Positions 1 through 12,653 of a stretch of 64,000 nucleotides of DNA are shown piece by piece. A model generated the notes under the pieces. That model saw only the letters and a list, made by a program, of their open reading frames with translations. It had not been told where the DNA came from and ran no database searches. The stretch spans positions 32,586-96,585 of the forward strand of contig CALSCP010002679.1 of the NCBI GenBank assembly GCA_943704425.1. Direction: 5' to 3'. The position numbers and the translations under genes are program-made. The stretch's first letter is position 1; every line of letters starts with the position of its first letter. The stretch comes from Ministeria vibrans ATCC 50519 (taxonomy: Eukaryota > Protista > Filasterea).

Positions 1-341
1 CCTTGCGGCCTTTCTTGGGCGTCCGCCGTCTAACGCCGCCTTCCTGCTCAGCAAGGGCATCCACGCCGCCTCCTCGTGATGAATTTAATCATGTTTGGCG
101 TACCATTGCGTTGTTTGTCGAAATACAAATAATTGTATTGAAAATAATTACAGCACCTTTTTTTTTTTTTTTTTTTGAGTACTAACGTTTCAATTTTCCA
201 TTGTACGCGTACATGAGAGGAAAGAGTGGACTTGAACGACTTTAATTATTAGTCAAAGTTGATAATACTAATAGTAATAAGAGAGATTATCATGACTGTT
301 AAATTTGAAATAAATACAGGGTGCCTGTTTCGGTGTCTTGT

Positions 342-351
342 NNNNNNNNNN
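342..351. other. Assembly gap (10 N)
   Basis: Run of N characters; the scaffold is joined here. Confidence 0.99.
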
Positions 352-377
352 GGGGGGGGTCATTAAATAGGATGGAG

Positions 378-859
378 TTAGCCAATGGAGTGAGCACGCA
401 GTCGGTGGCCGCGTCTGGGGTCGGGGCGGTGCAGCGGGGGCGCTGCGACGGGACGGTGCTTTCTGACGGACGCGGGCGAGTGTCGCGTGATCCTGGATGT
501 AGTCAACGACGATGCAAACGGAGTTACGCCAGTGTCGGGGTTGCACGATCGAGGGAACGGGGAGCCATCCTCTGATGAAAAGGAAACACATTGTTTGATT
601 GCTCTTCGAGTGTTCATTTGAGTCGTACGAAGGTGTCCCAGAGATGAAACAAACGCGTCCGTCCATGCGCTCGGCTCGTGTTCGCTACACACAACAACAA
701 GAAATAAGTCGTAGAAGGAGAAGAAGACATTTATAATAAAAAATAAGGACAAGGAGGAAAAGAGGTTTGGTAAAAGAAAAGAGAAAGAGACGTTTCGAGA
801 GAATGCTGCAGGCGGAAACGCGCAAGTTTCTTCGGTTCGCTTAAGCGATTCACATCCAT
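378..859 (-). CDS. Hypothetical 3-exon protein (~105 aa)
   Basis: ATG 859; exons 859-792, 684-629, 571-378 joined by GT-AG introns with matching phases give MDVNRLSEPKKLARFRLQHSLETEHEPSAW...HSIG*. No recognised homology. Confidence 0.35.
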
Positions 860-1800
860 ACAACGTCGGCAAGTGCGTTGGGGAGAAAGCGGGGCTCGGT
901 GGCGCTGTTTACGTCGTCTTTTGCATATGCTCCATTCGCAACCGAAACGGTCTGAAGCGGAGTCAAAGCCCCAGTCAAGGTCGCTTCAGCGGCACATGCA
1001 ATATGTCGGGTGCGTGAGAGGGCGCACGGCGGCGAGTGGCGAACTTGGAACTGTGTGGAAGCGATTCGTCGAAAGAAAAAAAAAAAAAGAGAAACGTTCT
1101 CAAACTGCGGTTTTCACCGGGAAACGCTGCCCACTGGCTCCGTCTGAGCAGCTGGCACTCAGCAATGTTTCACGGATACGATGTGTAGCGGCAGTGGGAA
1201 CACGCCATTTGCGGTGGGACGCGAAATTCAAAAAAAAGCACTCTTGAAACTCAAATCAGCCAAACTCAACAGGGGAAAACTTACAAGAGGGTTCCGCTCA
1301 TCTGTCGTCGTGGTGTAGGCTCTAAAAGAGGTTGTCGTGAACGAGCCACGGGGTGGGGCTCGCTGTGGCTTCGTTTGACAAAAAGAGTCATTGAAAGAGA
1401 GGAAGATAGTTTTGAAGCGAGGAGAGGGGCGAGAGGCAAGCCCCAGGAATGGGGAGAGGGTCTACGGCGTTGGTAATGAACTATATACTAAAATATATAA
1501 TAAATGCAATTGCATTTATTGTCATTTGTCAAAACTCAAAAGATTTCAGATTAGAAGACATTTCCAATTTATTGTCAATCACAAACGAAAAGCGACAACA
1601 CATTCAGCTCAAACCCACTTTCTAAGCTACGGCCTTATTTATTTGTCGGCCTACGAGAGCATCGTCTGCGTCGAGAATTGATAATGAAGATTGAAGCATT
1701 TTTGATTTGTTGATAAAGTTAATACACTTGGAATCATACAATTGATACAATTGGTACACGTTTGTTGAGAAATGCCACTTGGGCCTTGGCGGCGGCCGTG

Positions 1801-2628
1801 TCAGTCAGACTTCTTTCCTGGTGTCTTCACTGTCTTGCGCTCACGCGTGACAATGAGCGCAGCGATGGCTGTCGCCGTCACAAGGTACACTGCGATGCGC
1901 TGTGGCAGTCCAACGAGGTGTGCTCGTTGGTAGCGCTGCTCCTTTTCATATTCTCGTTGTGCATTTTGTCGTCTCAGTCGTCGTTGTTCTTCGTGTTTTT
2001 CATAGTGATGATAGTAGAACTACGAGCACCACCGTGTCAAATGCAAACCACTCCCTTGCACGAACACAAAACCTTGTTGATGTCAAACTGAATGTCTCCT
2101 TCGGGTCTCGTGATGGTTGATCCGCGAGGCCTATGAGCGGCTGTACTTCGTGAAGACGAACGGGTGGCACGGCCATGCACTGATTGGTTGACCTACACAC
2201 ACACAATAGACTAACAGTTACTTCTTGAAGGAATATAACAATCATGCCTAACCCTTATCCGACGATCATAACTCTTGCGTGCGACTGGATCACTGAGCGT
2301 CTCGTAGGCCTCGGATATTCTCGAGAAGAGCGCGGCAGAGTCAGACTACATGGGAATGTGAGGTTGGACTTGAGGGACAGGCAGCTCTCATTACGCTCGT
2401 CGATGTGTCTGGGTGGTGTTTCAGCGAGAGTGCATAGTACGCCTTTTTGATTTCGGCTTGCGTTGCCGACGGCTTCACGTGTAGGAGGGTGTAAAAGTTG
2501 AGCGAGGGGCCGGTGCTGGTGCTGAATTGTCGCGAGCCCTGTGATGCGAGCGCGGATCGACGCGACAGCCCGAATTGCAGCTCCACCGACGACCCACACA
2601 GGAAGGGTACCAGTCGCAGCCGAAGCAT
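1801..2628 (-). CDS. DNAJC30: Mitochondrial J-domain co-chaperone, DNAJC30-like (4 exons)
   Basis: Basic transit-peptide-like N-terminus; J-domain [31 protein letters not shown]...[22 protein letters not shown]; FDINK|FYYHHY motif, charged helix and C-terminal TM segment; three short GT-AG introns splice in frame; TGA at 1801-1803. Confidence 0.8.
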
Positions 2629-2741
2629 AGAAACAAGTGCGTCTCCCAGATGTCAGATGTCGGATGCCAGAGGGAGGGAGGGAGGGACAGAGAGAGAGAG
2701 AGAGGAGAAAGAAACAAAGTGATAGAGAGAGAAACAAAGTG

Positions 2742-2744
<3 letters not shown>

Positions 2745-2793
<49 letters not shown>
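2745..2793. repeat. (GA)n microsatellite
   Basis: Direct observation. Confidence 0.95.
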
Positions 2794-2795
<2 letters not shown>

Positions 2796-3024
2796 CACGA
2801 GCCAGGCAAGAGAAATATTATGGGGTTTCCAGTTGGTTGGGCGGTTCACACACACACACACACATACACACACAGTTTTATCGCGTCAGATCGCCACCAT
2901 TGACCAACTAACAATATCTCTGACCTCAAATAACTAATCTCAGATTGTATTTTAAAGTTAATAGTTTATAGTTTGTACTTTGTACATCTTTTCTTCACTT
3001 TGCCCATATACACACACGTTCAGT

Positions 3025-3189
3025 ATGCTGATTCGAGAGTTCCGAGTTGTGCTGCCCCTGTCGGTGCCCGAGTACCAGGTAGAAGACTGTCTGTCTCCTG
3101 CAAATGCATATTTGACTCGTCCCTTCTCAAGGTTGGCCAATTGTACGCAGTTGCCGAGGCGAGTAAAAACGAGACTGGTGGCGGTGAAG
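3025..3189 (+). CDS. Phosphatidylinositol transfer protein (class I PITP), 5' fragment only (2 exons)
   Basis: Exons 3025-3078 and 3132-3189 give MLIREFRVVLPLSVPEYQ|VGQLYAVAEASKNETGGGEG, the conserved PITP N-terminus. The donor at 3190 leads to a 28-A tract; no further PITP exons were recognised in the window. Confidence 0.88.
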
Positions 3190-3302
3190 GTGAGCTCAAT
3201 GTAGAGAGGGAGAGAGAGACCCGACGGAAACAGACAAAAAAAAAAAAAAAAAAAAAAAAAAAACGCTCTCTTTCCTCTTCTACGCAACTTGTTGCTCTCT
3301 TC

Positions 3303-6300
3303 ATGTGTACACTGTGTGTCACATGTAAACACTATGCCTCTCCATGCCTCCCTTTAACCACCTCCATCGACAATGTTCTGTTCTTTTTTCACTTTTGTTC
3401 ACCCACAAACTTCAACGCCAAAGTATCGTCACTCGCTCCCTCTGCTCTCCCGCATCTTCTCCCCTACAGCCATCCACCGCTTTCTTTCCCTCCCTATACG
3501 CCCACTTTTGCTTCCCTAGTCTTCTCTCTCGTCGTGCGCGACGCGATCGTTTTATAACATTCTCACTTTTCCCTTCTCACTCTCCTCGCTCTCCCTCCCG
3601 CTTCCCCTCTTCTCTCCTCTCCGCGATGACGTGCCGTTAACAATGCCGTGCTCCTCGTCCTTCCTCTTCTTCCCTTTTCTCAGCAACAACAGGTCCTTGT
3701 TGAGCTTCTCGAGCAACTCACTGCTCGTCCGTCCTTTCCGGGTATCCTCTGCTCGGCCGTCCCACACGACGAAACCGACCGCTTTCTCCAGCGTCTCCCT
3801 CAACTCCACCTCTCACTTCCCCTCGAAGTCCTTCTCGCCCTCGGCCTTGCTCACTCCTTTGACGAGTCCGTCCAAAGCCGAGGTAGAATTTATTAAGATC
3901 ATTATTATTTTTATAATAATAATAATCATTAATAATAATAATTATTATTATTATTTATTATTTTAATTATTTATATTTTGACGCTGTGTTTATTTAGCCC
4001 TTGCGTTTGCCTCTCGACGCCTGCCGGATCTTCTTCGAGTCGCTTCCACCACCAACAACAGCAGTCCCTCGAGCAGTCCAAGCCACACAGGCAGTAGCAG
4101 CAACAGTCTCCTGCAACTCGTTCCGCCTGCTCTTCACAACTTCCTCTACCTCAGCGCTTCCTTTGCGTCCCAGCTCAACATCTCGGACGATCAACTTGCG
4201 TCGCTGCAGTCCACTCTCCAGCGTCACCAGTCCGTTTCGTCCGCCTCCACCCTTCTTCTCCCCCATCTATACCCTCAGCTAATCGAAGCCCCCGCGTCGC
4301 GCCTCGTCAAGTCCCTTCAGCTCACCATGACCTCTCTTGATACCGACCTTGCCTCAAACCCATCTCCTCTCGCCGATCTCATTCGCGAACATGGCTCCAC
4401 CTGCACAGAGTAACACACTTATTATATTAATGACAGCGATTACTCACTTCTTTCAACGTACACATCGACAGATCCGTTGCGTTCATGGTGGACTTCATCA
4501 AGCACTTTAGTGCCCGCGAACACCTGACCAACCGCTCCGTTGCTTGTATGCTCAGCATGATGGCCAAAACAGTCAACGAAATTGAGGTGAAAAGAAGAAG
4601 AAAATAAACATCAATTCTCACATCCAATCAACTTGGAACGCACACCCCACACCATCACATTCTATCTATCCCTTTGTTTTTCTCCCTCTCATATTTCACT
4701 TTGTTTCTCTCTCGCACACGCTATCACTTCTCTCTCTCTCTCTCTCCACCTTTTTTTCTTTCTCCTCTCTCTCTCTCTTCACCTTTACTTTTTACTTCTC
4801 TCTCGCTTTTCGCATTTTTTTTCCTCCGCTCTCGCTTTTCACTTTTTTTCTCTCTCTCTTACCACCACTTTGTTTCTCTCCCCTCTCTCAATCTTCTTTT
4901 TTTCTTACCAGGACGGCACTCCACTGCCGTTGAGCCAACAGTCTACACCCGCGTGGGACCAAAAGAAGCACGAAGAACATCCTCAACAGCCGCGATTGCG
5001 CCAGTGGAACGTTGACAATTTTGTCGATGCCGTTCGCCAGTTGCTGCCCTCCGTCGACTGGAGCCAGGTGGCCATGCATCTCGACAACCCTTACTTTTTT
5101 CTGCCTTCCCCTCGTGGCCTCGACCTGCTTGTCACCGCCTTCAATCGTGCGCAGACTCCCCTGCCTATGAACGCTCTCTATCGCAAATGGAGCAACATTG
5201 CCGGTCAGCTGTCACTCTATCGTCAGGCCCTCGGCTCGCCCGGTCGCTTTGCCTTCCAGGCCGGTTCTCAAGGTCAAGTTCCCGTCGATAATGCACAGCA
5301 GGGCGATCGCACTGTGCACAACTGGGCCTGCGTCGACCTTGTCGCAACTCTTCTGCTCCTCTCGGAGACCGAATACTTCAATCTTGTTCGCGAACTCTTC
5401 GATGCCCCGCGTCGCATGTGCCCTAGTGTTCTCCTCCTCGCTCTTGCCGAAGCCAAGGTATGAAAGAAAATGCCATTCTCCCACGTGTTTTGCTGATACT
5501 CCTTTACGTACCTTTTGTAGAGCGAGTCTCCCCCGATGCAGCAGGATCTGATGGTTGCGCTACTTCCGCTCTTTCTCGACACCGCTCCGCACTCCACCGC
5601 CGTCATGGCACATCTCTATGTGCGCAATCCCAAATTTGTTATTGCCGGCCTCGCCCAGTGGCACATTGTTGCTGACGACGCCACAAGTCTTCACCGAATC
5701 TTCGACTGTGCTCAACGTCTAAAGGTATCAAAACCCCCTCTTATCTGAAATCAACATGCGCAAACACTCTTCTTGTTAGAGCCTCGCCAAGTTTCTGGCC
5801 TGTGACAACCACAAATTTACCATTGAACTGGCGTGCTTTGCGTCGCGCCACGCCGTAGGGTTCCTCGAGAAATGGACCACCGAAAAGGTTCAGCCATAAA
5901 ACATGCTATTATTCTGCACCTTTTTTTTCTTTCTTTCTTTCTTTTGTCTTCTTCTTTTTTTGTTTTCCTCACACCGTGACTTTTTTCTACAGATCCAGGT
6001 AGCCGGAATGGACTTTGTCAATGCGATTGTGTGGTTCTTGCGGGAGCGGGCATTGCGGCCCAACATATCGCCCGTAGCCACTGCCGAGTCAGTCACAGTG
6101 CTGGTCAAGGCCCTGGAAATGTACATGCAGCTCAACGACTTCAAGAAACTTCGCGCCTCGTGTGTCGAAGTGTACCCCGCCGTCGACGCTCTGCTCCGTG
6201 CCGCCGGAAGCGCCCTGCCCTCTGCGTCTACTTCGTCGTCGTTGTCCGGCGCACCCCTGCCCAATGCTCAATCGTCAACCCCATCGTCCTCGCTCTTCTC

Positions 6301-9300
6301 TGCCATCAACTCAGCCTCCGTCGCCGCAGGTGGTGGTGGTGGTGGTGGCGGTGGTGGCGCCACTGCTGCTGCTTCTGGTGCTGCTGTCGGTGGCGGCACG
6401 GGCGACTCGCAGTTCTCGCAGGATATCGAACATCAGGCCAATGTGCTCTTCTCTAAGGTGTACCACAACCAAATGGGCATCTCGACATTCCTCGAACTTC
6501 TCAAGCAGTTCAAGGAAAGTTCTCGACCCAAAGAGCGCGACATCTTCAACTGTACCATCCGCTACCTGCTCGACGACCATCGTCATTTTCAGACGTTTCC
6601 CGACGAGGCCCTTAAGATCACTGGCGTCCTTGTGGGCTCCATCGTCCAGCACCAGCTTGTCAGTCACGAGACGCACAGCGTTGCTCTCCGCCGTATTCTC
6701 GAGGCACTCCGCAAGCCCGCCGACTCCAACATGTTCCGCTTTGGCGTGTGTGCTCTCAAACAGTTTATGACACGTCTTCCCGAACTGTCTCCCTACGCCG
6801 AGTACATCTTGCGTGTGCCTCACTTTGATTTGATCCCCGCTCAAATCCAACATTACGTGCGCCTCGGTGTCTCCAACGCTTCCGACACCAACAACAGCGA
6901 CGCGGCCAACCTTGATCTTGTTGGCGCAGCAGCAGCAGCAGCAACCGCCCCATCCTCATCGAATGCGTCTGCCACGCACACTCCGGGTACGCCCACCACG
7001 TCGACACCGTCCTTTGGCTCACTCTTCTCACCCACAGCATCTCCCGCCACTGCCGCTGCGGCAACCGCTGCCGCTGCTGCCGCCGTCGCTGCCGCCGCCG
7101 CCGTGGCCGCCTCGGGTGGCTCACCCAACACCCCGTCACTCAGTGGGAATGCGCAGGGTAACATCAAGTTGCTGATGACGGCGAGCGAACATCAGAATGC
7201 GGACGCTGTGCGACCCTCGGCCAGCATCGAAGAGAAGATTTACTTTCTCATCAACAACCTGACACAGCAGCAAATGCCCCAGCGTGTGCCCGAATTCAAG
7301 GAGCTCGTTGTTGTCGACTATTACCCCTGGTTCTCGCAGTATCTCGTCGCAAAGCGTGCCAGCATCGAGCCCAATCACTTGGCGCTTTATATGTCGTTCC
7401 TCGAGGCGGTCAGCGAGTCGCGTCTTTTTGAAGAGGTACTCGCCGCCACTTACTCCAATGTGCGCGTGCTCCTGCGCATGGAGAAAATTGGCACTTCTGC
7501 TGGCTCGACCGAGCGATCGTTGCTCAAGAACCTTGGAGCCTGGCTTGGCATGCAGACCCTCTTGCGCAACCGCCCTATCCTTCACCGCGACCTGCCTCTC
7601 AAGGACCTCCTTGTGCAAGCCTTCGACCGCAACCAGTTGCTCCATGTAGTGCCCTTCACCGCTAAGGTGCTCGAGTCGTGCAAGAGCCGCGTCTTCCGAC
7701 CGCCCAATCCCTGGACCATGGGCCTGCTGGCGGTTCTCAAGGAGATGCATCAGCTCGTCGACCTTAAGATCAATCTCAAGTTTGAGGTGGAGGTTCTCTG
7801 TCGCAACCTCGCCATTGACATTGCCGCCATTGAGCCGTCCACCATTCTGCGCGACATCCGTCAGCGTCGTGTCGCTAGCCAGTCGCTCACCCTTGACGAC
7901 AACGGCCGTCTCACCTCGCTGATGGGTCCCCAATCGGGCGGCAACATTGGAAGCCCGCTTGCTTCCTCTTCGACCATGTCTCCGTCAAGCGCTGCCGCCG
8001 CTGCCGCGGCCGCGGCCGCCACCACAGTGGCTACGGGTGGAAATAACGCCGGTGGTGGCAACAACAACAACAACAACCAGACGCTGTCGTCGTCGTCGCC
8101 CATGGGATCGCCTTTGCCTCAGGCTGCCGCACATCGCCCCGTCCTGAGCTTGTCCACGTCGGCCGTCGCGAACCTTACACCATTTTTGGTGGCCAACTCA
8201 AATGCCTTCCTCTTTGTGCAACAACCTCAATTGAAGCAGTTTGTGCCCATGGCTATTGAGCTGGCCGTTCAGGAAATCATCCAGCCGGTTGTCGAGCGGT
8301 CCTGCACCATTGCCTGCATCTCGACACAAGAACTACTCACCAAGGACTTTTCACTGGAACCCGACGAGAACAAAATGCGTGTGGCCGCACAGCAGATGGC
8401 CACGTCGCTCGCCGGCTCCCTCGCCATGGTCACCTGCAAGGAGCCTCTGCGCATCTCCGTTGGCAACCACTTGCGCACACTGCTGCAGAACAGCATGCCA
8501 CCTAACATGCCGGAGGCTCAGGCGCTCATGGACCAGGCGGTGCAATTTGCGTGCGCCGACAACATCGACGTGGCGTGTGCCTTCATCGAGAAGGCGGCGC
8601 AAGAGAAGGTGAGCGTTGACATTAACGAGCACCTTGTCAATGCGTACGCTGTGCGCCGACGACACCGCGAGAGCCGTTCGCAGCAGCCCTTCTTTGACCA
8701 GGCTGCCCAGTCGGCACTCTCCGCCTTTTCTACTTCACTTCCCGAACTGCTGCGTCCCAAGATTGGCGGCCTCACCATGCGTCAGCAGCGCGTGTACGAA
8801 GGCTTCGTCAAGCTTGGTGGCGGCGGCGGGTCGGCTGCCGGAACAGCGGCTGGAGCGGCCACTGCTGGCGGAGCAACAAGCGGAGCCTCTGCGCCCACGA
8901 CACCTTTGGGCGCGTCTCCTCTGTCGCCCGTTGACGCCGCCAAGAAGCAGCCCCAGTTGTCGTCCTCGTCGTCACCGCAGTCACCCACCAAAATGGACGG
9001 TCCTTACCTGCAACAGCAACAGCTCGCGGCAGCCGGTCAACTCTTGGACCGCGCCCTCACTGATGCCGATCAGATCGTCTCGCGACAGGCGCCCACGGCG
9101 ACCTTGGCATCACTGCCGCCCCAACACGAACTGCGCAATGTTGTTGCGCGCTTCGGCTTGTGTTTGGAGCAAAGTGGTGCGCAACGTGAGGACCTTGCCG
9201 CTGCCTTTGCACATCGACTGTTCCCACTGCTCCACCGCTCGACCGTTCGTCTCTTCCGCGACGTGTGCATTGCTGCCATGGAGGCGTGCCGTGACTCGTG

Positions 9301-11485
9301 TGCTCGACCCACGCGCATTCACCAGGACCTCACGCAAGCACTCATTTCCGCCATTGACGAGCGTCGCTTCACCATTGATGGCATTCTGGCGCTGTGTCGC
9401 AAGCGCCTTGTCAACTTGGTCGAGCTCGACGCGCACTTGGCCAAGCTGTCGGACCAGGGCCACAATACGGCCGTATGTGACTTTGCCATTGCGCTGCTGC
9501 AACAACTGCTTCTCGACGAGCCGACTGGTCTGGTGCGAGCGCAGGACTTCTGGCAAACACTTGACATGCTCGCGCGTGTTCGTCGTGTGCCCGAGTCTCT
9601 TGTGCCGGCCGCACAGCAGGCTCAAGGCATTGCTGAGGCGGTCGCCAAGGGTATTTCGTCGCCGCAGGTGCCCGGCTCGCCGTCCGTCCAGCAGCAACAG
9701 ATGCAGCAGCAACAGATGCTTCAGCAGCAACAGCAGCAACAGCTTGCCGATGAGGCCAAGGATGCTCAGATTGTGCTGTTGGCCGATCAGGGCCGCGACC
9801 CGCCCTTCTTGCGCGACCGTGCGGTGGCGCTCTTCGACGAGTGGTTCCGCATTGTGAGTCTGCCGCAAAGTGCGCCCGACAAACTTGCGGCGCACTTTGC
9901 CCAGCGACTCTCTCTCACGTTCACCACCGAAGATCTTGTTACTCGCCTGCTGCGCGTCTGCGCCGAGCAGGCCATCGAGGCAACATACCAGGCAATGGGT
10001 AGTGCTGCGAACTCCTCGACCTCGTCGCCCGCAACACCATCCGCGTCCGACTCAACGACCGACGGCAACGGCAACCAGCTGCCCACGCGACCTTCGGCCG
10101 TGACCATGTCGCTTGTGATGGCCTCCTCCAACAAGTACTGTGCCATTGATGCGCTGCGCAAGCTCGTCGTGCTCGTCGTGAAGACTGTCGGTGGCGCAGA
10201 GCCCAAGGATGCGTCGGCGCGCGTCAACGTGTTGTCGCTGGCACTCAGTGCGTTTGCCAGTCTGCTCACGCGCGACTGCGAACGTCGTCGTCAGCTATTC
10301 AACCAGCGCCCCTACCATCGTCTGCTGCACGGCCTGCTTGTCGAGCTTACCGAGCCCGATGCGTTGTTGGACGCCATAAGCTTCCAGGTGCTCCTACGGT
10401 TCGGTGCGACCCTGCACGCCATTGACCCGACGCGCGCGCCCGCCTTTGTCTTTGCCTGGCTCGAGCTCGTGTCGCACCGCAGCTTCATGATCAAGCTGCT
10501 CCTCGTTAAGTCGCGCAAGGGCTGGCCCATGGTGCAGCGACTACTCGTGGCCATGTTGCGCTACCTGGCGCCCTTCCTGGCGCGCGCCCAGCTGACCGAG
10601 CCCATCCGCGTGCTCTACAAGGGCGTCCTACGTGTCTTGCTTGTACTCCTTCACGACTTCCCCGAGTTCCTCACTGACTACCATTTTGGCTTTTGCGACG
10701 TCATTCCCGCGACGTGCGTCCAAATGCGCAACCTGGTCTTGTCGGCGTACCCGCGCAACATGCGCCTGCCCGATCCATTCACGCCCAATCTAAAGGTCGA
10801 CCTGCTCCCCGAGATCAACCAGCCGCCGCGGATGCTCTTCAATGTGGGCGCGACCCTGCAGCGTCAGCTGCGCACCGAACTAGACTCGTACCTGAGCACA
10901 CGCGCACCCGCGTCTTTCCCGGCCGAGCTGCACCGAACGCTGCAGGGCAACGTACCCCTCATCAATGCGCTCGTCTTCTACGTGGGCATGCAGGCGATCA
11001 CGCAGATCCAGAAGCCACAGGGTGTCGCATCCATCACCAACTCGCCCGCCATGGACGTGTTCAAGCGACTCGCTACGGATCTCGACACGGAGAGCCGCTA
11101 CTACTTCCTGAATGCGCTTGCGAATCAACTGCGCTACCCCAACAGCCACACGCACTACTTCAGCTGCGTGCTGCTTTTCCTCTTTGCCGAGGTCGACAAC
11201 GAGGCGGTGCAAGAGCAGATTACGCGCGTGCTGCTCGAGCGCATCATTGCCATGCGACCGCACCCCTGGGGCGTCATCATCAGTCTGGTGGAGCTCCTCA
11301 AGAACCACCAGTTTCGCTTTTGGGAGCGTGAATTTGTGCAAATTCCTGAAATCAAGCGGGTCCTCATTAACGTATGGCGCTCAACCACACCAAGTGCACC
11401 GCCACAGCAAGGCGGTGGTCCCCCACAACAGCCGGGGGGTCGGACCCCCGAGGTGGGCGGTCCTCAGCAAGTGCAGGATGCCTAA
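3303..11485 (+). CDS. CNOT1: CCR4-NOT transcription complex subunit 1 (multi-exon; 5' end uncertain)
   Basis: Conserved NOT1 blocks: WNVDNFVDAV, KIYFLINNL, KRASIEPNH, ERSLLKNLGAWLG, FRPPNPWTM, LAMVTCKEPLR, LLHDFPEFL, RNMRLPDPFTPNLKVDLLPEI, NQLRYPNSHTHYFS, RPHPWG. Several short GT-AG introns precede a 5.5 kb terminal exon ending TAA 11485. First confident exon begins ~3684; the start codon is tentative. Confidence 0.95.
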
Positions 11486-11760
11486 GAGGGAGAGAGAGAG
11501 AGAGAGAGTGCGTGTGTGTGTGTGTGTAAGAGAGACAGATGCCGAGTGTGTTCTGTTGTGTGCGAATGTGTGTGAAAGGGAGAATGTCAAATGAACACGA
11601 AAAAGGAAAAAGGAATTGTGTAAACAAAAATTGAATGGTATAGCGGCAGAGAAAATTGAACGGGGGAGTGATTGAGAAGGACGCGATTCGCCCTTTTGCC
11701 GAGACAAATAATAAATTTTAATAATAATTATTTTTTTAAAAAAAAAATAGATTTATTTTT

Positions 11761-12050
11761 AGAAGAAGAATAATAATACAACCCATTTATTACAGTCACC
11801 ACGCGAAAACACTAGAGTTTCGGTTGAGTTTACATGGGAGAACAGTGGCAGGTCAGAGTGCTGTGTCGTCGCTATGTAGTGAGGCAATCGCGATGGCACG
11901 CCATACCCCCAGTGGAGGCTTTGAGCTCTAATGACACCATGAAGGTGTTTGTCGACAAAGAGTGTAATGTCGAAGTCGTTGTTGAAGCAATCGGATCGGT
12001 GGTCGACGGCGGCAAGTCCAGGTGGCTGCGGGGCGCTTCCCTGGTGTACT
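11761..12050 (-). mobile_element. 5'-truncated non-LTR retroelement 3' fragment (copy A)
   Basis: Similar over most of its length to 12654-12985; on the minus strand it ends GTGACTGTAATAAATGGGTTGTATTATTATT followed by (CTT)n. Confidence 0.6.
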
Positions 12051-12057
12051 AATTTGA

Positions 12058-12172
12058 AGAAAGAAGAAGAATACATCCCGTTTATTAATGATACAGTCAC
12101 CACGTAAGATGCAGCCAGCCCGCCTTGCAAGCTCAATTGAAAATATAGAGATAACATGGGAGAACAGTGATT
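12058..12172 (-). mobile_element. Short 3' terminal fragment of the same element (copy C)
   Basis: Shares agaagaagaatac..ttattaatgatacagtcaccacg..ccagcccgccttgcaa..aacatgggagaacagtg with copies A and B. Confidence 0.6.
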
Positions 12173-12653
12173 TATTAGTATTATTATTGTTATATTAAAT
12201 AAGATAATAATTATATGTCTTTTTTTTTTCGTCTCTGTGGCGCCTCGATCGTGACGAGCGCCTCACGCGATACAAGCGCAGTATGCATCAACACGCGATT
12301 GCAACACATTATGCTATGAAGCGGCGGTAATCGATAGTAAGACTATGTCTTGTAACTGAATGCCGCTGCACTTTCCTTTTTATTGCGTCTTATTATTTTT
12401 AAGTAGGTAATGCACTGAAGCGTAATAATAATAATTATTATTATTATAATGCGATAGACAGTTCGACACCCTCTCTGCACATGTACCCTGGGTGAGATGC
12501 CTAAAATCCCAAGCACGGCTTGAGCACGGTATCATATTCATTGTTATACGAAGTGGGGAAAGGAGAAGACATCATACAATAATTATAGAGATTCCATCAT
12601 AGCTTAACCCCAAGAAGTTTATTCCCTTTATAATTATAACGTCTTTAATTATT

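Noticed and set aside
1-110. ATG|gtacgc on the minus strand near 105, a possible first exon of a gene leaving the window
   Set aside because: No coding sequence is visible to support it.
12240-12620. Intergenic GC-richer blocks with small hairpins
   Set aside because: No recognisable ncRNA motifs or ORF; the stems are short enough to be chance.
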